Assembly: GCA_030593065.1 (NCBI GenBank)
Contig: JAUVHV010000010.1
Location: 1-50,188, forward strand
DNA from: Candidatus Omnitrophota bacterium
Lineage (GTDB): Bacteria > Omnitrophota > Gorgyraeia > JABMRG01
DNA: 50,188 nt
Direction: 5' to 3'
Shown here: piece after piece, positions 1 to 12,000 of the stretch
How positions within the stretch are numbered: position 1 is the first letter of the stretch
Layout: each line of letters begins with the position of its first letter
The notes under the pieces: model-generated
What the model was told of the DNA's origin: nothing
Seen by the model: only the letters and a program-made list of their open reading frames with translations
Databases searched by the model: none
Position numbers and translations under genes: made by a program

Positions 1-3000
1 GCATATGACGTGTATGATAACTATATAGCTGACCAGTCAGTAACCTGGTCAGTGACAGGAGACTTTGATGATTCAGACCTGACCGCAACATCAGGCGCGT
101 CAACGACATTCAGCCCTGATAACACCGGTACAGGCACAGTAACAGCAGTTCATGCCGCAGCAACAGATGACGCCACAGGAGACATCACAGTAAGCGTAGG
201 CGCCTTAAACTATGTAAAGATAGAGACAGCCGCCTCAGGAGCAGGAAGTGAAGTAACCACCCACTCAATGACAACAGATGATACCTTAACAGTTTATGCT
301 GCTGGATATGATACCGAAGGAAACTACATACAAGATGAGTCCGTAACCTGGGGCAAAACCGGTACACTTGATGAGACTCCTGTAGGTCCGGCAACAAGCA
401 CCGAATTTTCACCATCAACATCTGCTACATCAGGAACAATAACAGCAACACATGCCTCAGCAACAGATGATGCTACAGACACAATCTCAGTAGGCGTAGG
501 CGCTGCTACAAAATTAGGCTACACACAACAGCCATCAGCAACAGCAACAGCAGGAACAGCCTTCGCGACCCAGCCAATATTAGCTGTCCAGGATGCTGAA
601 GGTAACACCGTAACAACCGATGACACAACACAGATCACACTTTCACGTTCAACCGGAACAGACACCTTACAAGGTACAGCCACACTGACCGTGACTGACG
701 GTCTTGCTACATTCTCCGGCCTCTACTACAACACAGCTGAGACCATGAATATTGCTGCTACGCAAACTGCTGCTGACACCACCATAAACTTTACAACAGA
801 GGCAAGCTATACCCAGGAAGATGCTGCTGACGGAACTGATTTTGATGGTGGTGTGGCGAAGTTGTATAATCCTTTTTCTATAATAAATGGCGTATGGACA
901 ATAGTTGATGATGATTTAGCTACTAAAGGCACAGGCACAGGTTATCTCATGTGGCCAAGGCTTCTAAGCTGTGAGGCTACAAATTTTAATGGAACAAAAC
1001 AATGGAAGACTGCGAATAATGCCGGTCAACCAGTTTGGGACGATGTAGCTAAAAGCTATACCTATCCTGGTGCTGAAACTGCTGCTAACTATCCAGCCTT
1101 TGGTTGGGCAGAAGGTGTGGAGTATAAAGGCTATACTGACTGGCGTTTACCTACAAGGATTGACTTATTGGGTGCCTGTTTTACTGAAAATCTCAATTGG
1201 CCTGCCGAAAGCGGGAGTGCTTACTATTGGTCTTCTACTGAGGATAGTGCGGTCACTACCACTGCCTATTTTGTGCGTCAGGACAACTGTTGGTCAAACT
1301 ACGGCTTTGCAAAGGCTAATCTCTATCATGTGGTGGCGGTACGCACAGGTCAACCTTCTTACCCCACATCTCAGGCCTACTACATAACCACAGCCGCTGC
1401 ATCACAAGTCGACACCTCAACATGGACAGGCATGACAGAAGTAAATATAACAGAGACTACACCAACAGACACCTCCATCAAATACCTGGTCTCATTTGAC
1501 GGACGCACCACCTGGAAACAATGGACAGGCTCAGCCTGGACAGCATCATCATTAGCTAACCTACAGACTGAAGGAATGACCAAGACAGAGGTAGAAGCAA
1601 TAACACAAGCGCAATGGGAGACATCAGGAGGCTTTGTACCAGCAACAACCACAGTCTTAGACTTTGCCGCTGACCTATTAACAACAAGCTCTTCAGCTAC
1701 TCCTGAATTAGATCTTATAAGCGTAAACTATACAACAGCCTTAGACTACACCTCAGCTACATCTAACAATATAGAGGTAAGCGCCGCAGCAGTAGACCAC
1801 TATGATATAACAGAGCCTACAACCGCTACAGCAGGAGCAGACTTTGAAGTAACAGTTACACCTCATGACGCTAATAACAACACTACAACAGGAAGCGCGA
1901 CAGTAACCCTATCAGCTGAGACAGCACAGGCAGTAGCAGGCACAGGAACACTTTCATCAGTGCTCAAACCAACCTTAATTATAGATACTTCAGGCGGCGC
2001 TGTAACAGTAACTGACCTGCAATACACCAAAGCAGAAGATATAAAGATAAAAGCCACAGACGGTACCAAGACATCAACCTTCGCTGATATCACAAACACC
2101 ATAACCGTAAACCCAGCTGCTATCTACGACTACACCGTTCCTGGCCCGACACCACAGACAGCAGGCACAGGCTGGAGTGAGACAATAAGCGCCCTGGACA
2201 CATATGATAATACAGTCACAACCGACTCATCCACTGTTATAGCAATGACCAACACAGGAAGCGCCAAGTTCTATCCTGATAACACCTATGATACTACCTC
2301 AGGAACCTACACCTGGACACAGACTCTTGATGCCGACTTTAACGCCGGCGCGGACAGTGATGTAACTGTGAGCGGGGATAGTGTTATTTTGGGTGAAGCA
2401 TCAGAGTGGGTGGCCAGCAGCTTAGACTCCGTTGGTACTAAATATACTTCCATCGCCCTTGATTCATTGGGTAAGGTTCATATGAGTTACGCTGGGGGCA
2501 ATGTGCTCAAGTATGCTACTAATGCTACAGGGGCTTGGGTATATACTGCCATAGATTCTGGCGGGGTAATTAAGGACACTTCCATAGCCCTTGACTCAAG
2601 CAATAAAGTCTATATAAGTTATCTTGATTCTACTGCCCATTATGCAAAATATGCCACCAACGCCACAGGAACTTGGGTAACTTCTACCATAGAAGTTACA
2701 TATACTTATGATATCGGTTCCATAGCCATTGACTCAACTAATAAAGCTCATGTTGCTTATGGCACTAGTAATGGTGTAAGATATGCTACTAATTCTACAG
2801 GAAGTTGGACATATGAAGCAGTCGCCTCTGGCTCGGTGGGCAACTACTTCCGCTACTTAGCTCTTGATTCAGCTGATAAGGTGCACATAAGTTACCTAGA
2901 CACTGGTCTTAAATATGCTACCAATGCCACAGGAGCCTGGATAACTTCTATATTGGATTCTGTCGGTGATGTAGGACGTGATAATTGTATAGCCATTGAT

Positions 3001-6000
3001 TCAACCGATAAAGCCCATATAAGTTATTATGATAGGACTAACATGTCTTTGAAGTACGCCACCAACACCACAGGAACTTGGGTAACTTCTACCTTGGATT
3101 CTGCCGGAACTGAGCTTTCTTATATTTTCAACGATTCCATAGCCATTGATTCAAATAATAAACCCCATATAAGTTATAATCATTACGGTAACACTGATCT
3201 TAAGTATGCCACCAACGTCACAGGAGCTTGGGTATATACTACTATAGACTCTGTTGGAAGTGTTGGTTATTATAACTCCATAGCCATTGATTCAAATAAT
3301 AAACCCCATATAAGTTATGCTGATGCCACCAATGGTAGTCTCAAATACGCCTATCAAACAACGTACCAATCCTCCGGCAACCTAACATCTTCCAGCTATG
3401 ACGCCGGAGCAAGCGCGAGCTTCATTTCTATCTCCTGGAGCGCAACTACACCAACAGACACATTAGTCAAGTTCCAGGTAGCCACAAACACCGACAACTT
3501 AACCTGGACCTTCATAGGCCCTGACGGAACAGCAAGTACCTATTACACTGTATCAGGACAAGCGCTACATTCATCTCATGCAGATGACCAATACGTAAAA
3601 TACAAGACATACTTTGAGACATCAGATACCTCAGCCACACCTACTCTATCAGATGTAACTGTCAGTGATGCCCCTGAAATAACCGCCTATACCCTAACAG
3701 CAGGTGAAGCAATCATCTATGTCAAGGATACAACCGCTGAGACAATAACAATAACAGCCACTGACAATAATGATAAGACCGGCACATCAAGCAGTATAGT
3801 AGTAGACCCTGCAACTCTTTCATCTATCACAATAAGAGACGCTGCTGCTAACGCGGGAAGCGCAATAGATACCTACACGATGACAGCAGATGATACATAC
3901 ACCCTCTATGCCGCGGGATACGATGAATATGGAAACTATAGAACAGGAGATGAGTCTGTAACCTGGGCTGTTACAGGTACACTCGATGCTACTCCAACAG
4001 GCCCGGCAACAAGCACTATCTTTGCGCCTTCAACAGCACCTACATCAGGAACAATTACAGCTACATCAGGCGCTGTTACTGACGCGACAGGTACTATAAC
4101 CGTAAATGTCGGCATATTGGCCTCTATCACAATAGAAGACGCGGCATCAAGCGCGGGAAGCGCGGTAGGCGATTACACAATGACAACAGATGATACATAC
4201 ACTCTCTATGCCGCGGGATATGATGCTGAAGCAAACTATGTAGCTGACCAGTCTGTAACCTGGGCTGTAACAGGCACACTCGATGCTACTCCAACAGGCC
4301 CGGCAACAAGCACTACTTTTTCACCATCAACAGCGCCTAAATCAGGTACAATTACCGCGGATGACGGGGCAACTCATATTGATATCACAGGTACTATTAC
4401 TGTAAATCCCGGCGCAACCACAAAATTAGGCTTTACAACTCAGCCTTCAGCAACCGCGACAGCAGGCACAGCATTTACCACTCAACCGGTTATAGCTGTT
4501 CAGGATGCCGAGGGAAATACTGTTATCTCTGACTCATCAACTCAGATTACTCTTGCCCGTTCAACCGGAACAGACACCCTACAAGGCACAACCACTGCCA
4601 CTGTATCATCTGGTTTAGCTACATTCTCAGGCCTATCTTATAACACTGCCGAGACCATGAATATTTTGGCGCAACAGGCAACTGCCGATACCACCATAAA
4701 CTTTACAACAGAGGCAAGCTATACACAGGAAGATGCTGCTGATGGAACCGATTTTGACAGTGGTGTAACGAAGCTGCACCCTACTCTTAATCCCTACACC
4801 AAACTTTTAATCCATTCGGATACCACAGATGCCTCAGTTACGTTTGCTGACAGTTCAACCTCTGTTAATGTGATAACACCTGTAGGTGATGCTAAACATT
4901 CAATACTAGCACAAAAATTTGGAGCAACAAGTATGTATTTCGACGGCACCGGCGACTACTTAAGTATTCCTAACAGCGCTGATTGGGATTTTGGCAGTGG
5001 GGATTTTACAGTTGATTTTTGGATAAAACCAGCCACATGGAAAACCGAATGGTCTCCATTCGGTTGGCAGGTTTGGGGCTATATGCCTTTTATACCGCAG
5101 GTAATAACTGGTGATGGAAATTTAGCATTGTGGGGCTCATCAACTGGAAGTTCATGGGATTTATTTGGTGGTGATTTAGTGGCAATTTTGGTACTTGATA
5201 ATTGGCAACATTTAGCTTTTGTGAGAGATGGGAATAATTTTAAGGTGTATTTAGACGGCTCTGAAACATATTCAGAAGATATTACGGGAATATCATTCAT
5301 GAACTCACCCGGAGTGATGACTATTGGAGAATCACAAGTTGGGGCGGATAAGGGGTTTAATGGCTATATCGACGAACTGCGCGTTTCAAAAGGCACAGCC
5401 CGCTGGACTTCTAACTTTACGCCGCCAACTTCAGCTTATTCCGGCGCTACAACTTACCCCACTGCGGCATACTATGTAACCACAGCCGCTGCATCACAAG
5501 TCGACACCTCAGCTTGGACAGGGATGACAGGGGTATCCATCACGCAGACTACACCAACAGACACATCAACCAAATATTTGGTCTCATTTGATGGACGTAC
5601 CACCTGGAAATACTGGAGCGGTTCTGCCTGGACAGCGTCATTATTAGCAAACCTGCAGGCAGAGGGGATGACCAAGACAGAGGTAGAAGCAATCACCCAG
5701 GCACAGTGGGAAGCATCAGGAGGCTTTGTACCGGCAACAACTATAACCCTGGACTTTGCAGCTGACTTAGCAACAACAGATAATACAGTCACCCCGGAGA
5801 TAGACCTGATAAGCGTAAACTACACAACAGCCTCAGACTACACCTCTGCCACCTCTAATAATGTAGTAGTAAGCGCCGCAGGCTTAAATAGTTTTGTTGT
5901 TGACGCGCCGCCTACAGCAATTGCTGGGACTACTTTCTCCACAACGATTACTGCCAAAGACGTGTATAATAATACCACTACAGAGGTATCTTTAGCAACC

Positions 6001-9000
6001 GCGCTTACGGTCTCTGCCGGAACTATTACGCCTACATCTATACTTGCCGCTGAGTTTACTAATGACGGTATCTGGACAGGTAATATTACCTTAAAGGCAG
6101 CAGTAGGTGAAATCACTATCACCGCTACTAACGGCGCGATTGTCGACACTGATATAGTGAGTGTTTCCGCGGCTCCTGACGGCACGCTTGTTGCTGGAGA
6201 CTTGGTTGAGCCGGCCGTTATCTCATCTCTGGTCGATACAGAGGCAGAAAAGTTGAATGTATTCGACTTTAAGATTACAGATGCTGCTGCTGATGAGTTA
6301 ACCTTGAAATTAAAGCAGATAGTAATTACTCAAGGCGCTAATAATACTGCTGTTGACTGGACTGCTTATATTGCCGGGGCATCTATCACAGACGGCGCCA
6401 CCATTGTCGCGGCAACAGTCAATGCCGCTAATCTCACATTTGGTGATGGAACAGTCGCTATCTTTACTCTCTTAGAGGACGCTATTAATGCCAAGACCTA
6501 TACACTTTCTATCTGGCTGGAATCGACTCTTCCAGCGGCTGGAGACGGAAAGATCATTGAATTTGATATCGACCCTAATGATGATATTGCAGTCGATTCT
6601 TCTGGCTCGGTCTTTGACGCAGCAGCTGTTTCAATCACCTCAGCCTCCAAACCGGTGATTACTGTTGTTGCCACAGAGCTGAGGTTTGTTCCTGGGCCAT
6701 CATCAACCTGCACTATAAACAATGATATTGCCCAGCACCCTATAATCAAGGCCACGGATGCCAACGGCAATGTAGATTTAGATGATACGGAAATACTCAC
6801 AATTACGCCTGTCTTAGCCAGCGTTAATGCTACTGCCGGAAGCGGTACATTAAGCTTAACACCGGCATCGGGCAGCGCGTTGATAGACGGTGTATATACC
6901 AATACTGTTCTTCAATATGATACAGTAGAGGCCATAGACCTGAAGATAGTCGGCGCAACCCTTGGTGGGCCTTACTATTCTGATCAAATAGTCTTCTCAG
7001 CTCAGGGTACATCTACTGTGGATGCGGTAACTACGCCTCAGGCAAACTTTGCTCTTGACCCGGCTAAAGATATTGAAGCCAATAAATTCAGTGCTTTAAA
7101 ATTCAAGGTCACTGACGCCGGCGGGGATAGTGTCGGTACATTGATAGACCAGCTCACTGTAAGTATCTCCGGCACAGGCGCTAATGCCTCAAGTGACATT
7201 GTCTGGGCTGAACTATATAGAGATACAGCTACAGCAGGGCAGGTAGCTGAAGCTGTGAGCATAACCGATACCTCCATTGTCTTTGGCGCAACTCCTAATA
7301 GCGGCTCTGATGCCGGCCTGGATACTGTGGCAGACTCATCCAGCGTAGAATACACAATCAATATATATATGAAGCCCACTGTCCTTACTGCTATTGATAA
7401 CCAGGCCTATATCTTTGGCATAGGTGATTCAGGTATTGGCACAGATAGCGCTACATCCAGCCAGATGGGTACCTCTGTATCACCGGTCTCTGATGTTACT
7501 GGCACAGTTACTGTATCTGTGTCCAAACTTGTGGTTACCGGCTCATCAGCGACAATGGATGCCGGGAGCAGTATTGAATTGACTATTACTGCCAAAGACG
7601 CGAACAATAATATTGACTTGGATTATATAGGCGCGAAGTCTCTGACCTTTAGCGGGCTCTCCACTATTGAAGGCAACGTGCCTGTGGTAGAGACAATAGG
7701 ATTTGATACCGCGTTTTCACATACTTTTGCCAGCGGCGTCTCAACTGCCAACGGCCTTACCTTGATTGCTTATGAGGCAGGCAGTTCCTCGGTTGATGTT
7801 ACTGATGCTACATACTCTTCATCCGGCGTTGATGATGACTTAGATTTAGTGATCAACCCTCTTACAGCGATTAAAGCCGGGCTTAGCGGGCCGTCTGAGG
7901 TTATAGTTGCCGCGAACTCCGATGCCTTTACTTTAACCAGTAAAGATACCTATGGCAATGCCAGTAACGTAGTATTGACCTCGGCATTTACACTTACCTC
8001 TACTACTAGTGGCATAGCTACATTCTTGTATGCCGGGGGAGAAGTCAGCCAGGTAACTATTGTGGCCAATTCCAGCAGTGTAAACTTTAATTACAAAGAC
8101 ACCAGAGTAGCTGCTTCTACTACTGTCACTGCTACCTGCGCAACCGGTGATATGATCGGCGCGGCAACACACGCGCTTGAAGTCACCCCGGCTGCTCTGC
8201 ACCACTTTACCATATCAGGTGAACCGTCAACAATTGTGGCAGGAGTTGCTTTTACCTCTACTACCAATGATATAACTGTAACCGCCTATGATGTCGGAGA
8301 CAACTTAAAGACCAACTATACAGGGACTATCATCTTCTCATCAACCGATACTGGCGGAAGTACTGCTTTGCCGGCTAACTACGTTTTCTTATCAGGTGAT
8401 GCAGGAGCGCATACCTTCTCAGGTACTAGTTTTACCCTGACCACAGCCGGCTCAAAGACTATCACTGTTGCCGACGGGGCGATATCCAGGACAACAGGTG
8501 CGGTTACTGTTACTCCTGCTGATGCCGTAACTCTGGCTGTAGAGAGCATTACCGATCCGATAGTAGCCGGTGTAGCCAGTAGTGTTATAGTAACAGCCAA
8601 AGACATTTATGACAATACAGACACCAACTATATAGGTACAATTGCCTTTACATCCAGTGATACATATCCCGCGGTCTTACCAGCGGACTATACTTTTCTA
8701 ACCGCCAATAACGGAACAAAGACATTTCCTGATGGGGTAGCCTTAAAGACTGTTGGTGAGCAGTCGGTCACAGTCACAGATACAACTTCTTCAATCACCG
8801 GTACACAGAGCGATATTACTGTTACACCAGCCGGTGCGGCAAGCCTTGTTGTAACCGGCATCAGTGACTCGTTTGTTGCCGGCTCAGCAAGCAGCGTAAC
8901 AGTAACAGCCTATGATACCTACGATAACATTGCTACCGGCTATACCGGTATAGTTGCCTTTACCTCCAGTGATACCGGCGCAAGCACAGTCCTGCCGGAT

Positions 9001-12000
9001 AACTATACATTCTTATCTGGTGACAGTGGAGTAAAGACTTTTGACGGCTCAACCTCGGGTGAGATAGTAACCTTAACTACCTCTGGTGAAAAGACAGTTA
9101 CAGCTACAGATACAGTAACATCGAGTATTACCGGTACACAGAGTGATATCACTGTTACCCCGATCTCAGCTGTCAGCCTTACTGTAACCGGCATCAGCGA
9201 CCCGTTTACCGCGGGTACAGCCAGTGGTGTAACAGTAACAGCTTATGATACCTACGACAACATTGCTACAGGGTATACCGGCATAGTCGCCTTTACCTCC
9301 AGTGACGATGGCGCAAGCACAGTCCTGCCGTCTAACTATACCTTCTTATCCAGCAACAGCGGAGTGAAGGCATTTGATGGTGTAACCGCGGGCTACAAAG
9401 TAACCTTGACCACTGCCGGTGAAAAGACTGTCACAGCTACAGATACAGTAACATCGAGTATCACAGGTACACAGAGCGCGATTACCGTCAACCCGGCAGC
9501 TACTGATGCCTTTACTTTAACCTCTCCGGCAGATATTCTCGCGGGCGCGCGGGCAGCTTATACAGTAACCCGTTATGATGTCTATGATAACCTGCGCACA
9601 GCCGGGGCAGATACGATCTATCTATACTCCTCATCCACGGGCAGTAATAAGGCATTTAAAGACGCTGCTACCGATGGTTCGACCATAGCCTCTCTTGTGA
9701 TTGCCGATAACAGCAGTTCCACTAATTTCTGGTATTATGATGAAAAGGCGTCCGTGCTCCCCGCTGCCCTTACTGCCGAGTTTACCATCACAGTATCTGA
9801 CAGCGCGGGAACCGCTGACAGCACAACCGGTATTGATGATGCCTCTGATACGCTCAAGATAAGTCCGGCCGCGCGTAATAAATATAAAGTTACCGCCGGA
9901 AGCTTAACCATGCTTGCCGGCGGCTATGTGAGTATCACTATAAACAGTTATGATACCTATGATAATGTCAATGCCTTATTTAATGACGCCAACGTGAGTG
10001 TTGTCTTTAGCGGAGCCAGTATCGCCCCTGACGGGACAACGTATCCGAAGTGTTCGTATACATCGCCTACAAGCACGTTGATAAATTTCGGTACTGCTAC
10101 CCTGCTCAACTTCGCTATAGGCGAGGCAACTTCTGTTATGCATCTATTCGCGGCAGAGACAGCCCATATCAAGGCAACTCAAGGGACGATTATCACCTCT
10201 GCCAGTGATGACTTAGACATAATTGTAACAGGCGGGACTGCGACGCAATTGACCTTTAATACACAGAACCTGCCTGTGACAACCGCTGTAAAGAACGCTC
10301 CGTGGCCCGCGTTTACAATAGATATAAGCGACGCCTACGGGAACCTGACCTCCGAGGCGGTAGCTGTTACCATAGAGCCAGTAGGCGCTACTGCCCTGCC
10401 GTTAGGAGGCACAGCTACAGTGACTTCAAGCAGTGGACAGTCTATATTCAGTAATGTAACCTACCCTGAGGCGACTATTCTTCTGCAGGTCAAGGCAACT
10501 GCTGTTGCCGCCGGGCTTACAGAGGCCGCATATACGCCGGTGATTACTGTTCTGGATAAGTATAATGTTATCTGGAGCCTGCTGGATTATGTTGCCGGAA
10601 CAGGCCTCTCTTCGGTAAACGTTAATATTTATGACGGCGCCAATGCCTTAGTCACGGATTCGGTTCCGGTGAGTTCGGGGGATCTGGTAAACAGCGGTTT
10701 CAACATCTACCTGCCTTATGATAGTGTCGGTTATGATTTTGAATTTTCAAAGACCGCTTATGTCAGCGCGACAGAGAGCGATAAGCTGTTCAACTCTACG
10801 TCTGACGGCGCCGACGGCACCTACGACGGAACTGTCAACGCCAGCCTTATAATGATGAGTGTTGCCGAATCTTTAGCCGATTATAATGTCCTGACCGACT
10901 TTGTCTATGATGAGAATGGTGATGTATTATATATCTCCGCCCGCTTAGAAAGAAGGGGCCAGCAGATCCTCACAAGCGGGATAAGAAGCCTGCAGACCTG
11001 CACCATAAAGATTTATGATAGCAGGTATCCTACTTCGGCTATATATACTAATTCATTAGCTACCGCGGATGCCCTGGGGAACTACTGGTTTACTATAACA
11101 GACGCGGTAGACGTAGGAGGGTTTGTCAGCGGCAGGAGCTATTTTGCCAAGATTGACGTGATTTATGGAGTAACCAACGGTACCACTACAACATATTCCG
11201 CGGCAACGACGTTTGATATCGGTGTTGCGGCCCGCTTAAAGACCTGGACCGAAGAGATCCAGGAAGAGGTCTCCGGAGTCAAGACGGATTTAGCTACCCA
11301 GGCCGGCCTGACCAGGACAGCGGTAACTACAGCCGTGGAATCTATAGAGGACGCGGTCTCTACAGAGGCTGACGTTACCCAGGAAGCAATTGCTGATGAA
11401 GCTGATGTTACTCAGGCAGCGATTGCTACCCAGGCTGTCGCGACCCAGGTAAAAGTTACCGCGGCAAAAGAGGTGTTAAGGACTAAGCTGCAATTAGAGA
11501 GCGCTTCACGTATCTTGAACCAGCAGAGTACCATTCGTAATAATGGCACCTTAGTCGTCAGGTACAAGACCAGCCCAAGCCTTATACCGGTTATCACTGT
11601 ATATGATCCAAGCCATAATAAGCGCGTATCAGATAAAAAGATGACAGAGACCATATCAGGCGCTTCCGGAATATATGAGTATAGCGTTAAGTTTATCTGG
11701 GGTTTAGGCGAGCATACTATTATCTGTCAAGAAGTAGGTACAGGCACTCTTGATGGTATGAATATCGAGGTTATCGCGACAGACTTAGAAGATATCTCAA
11801 CCTCTCTAACTACTGCCACAGCTACTCTGGCAGGCATAGATACAGATGAGTTGGGGATGATGAGTTCAAAGATCGCTGAGATAAACTCATTCGTAAGCCG
11901 TATGATCAGCAGTGTTGATGAGCTTTCCCAGTTAAGAACAAAGACAGAAGGCCTGGCTAGTGATGCTAGTGCTGCTATCTATGACCAACTTGAACTTGCC

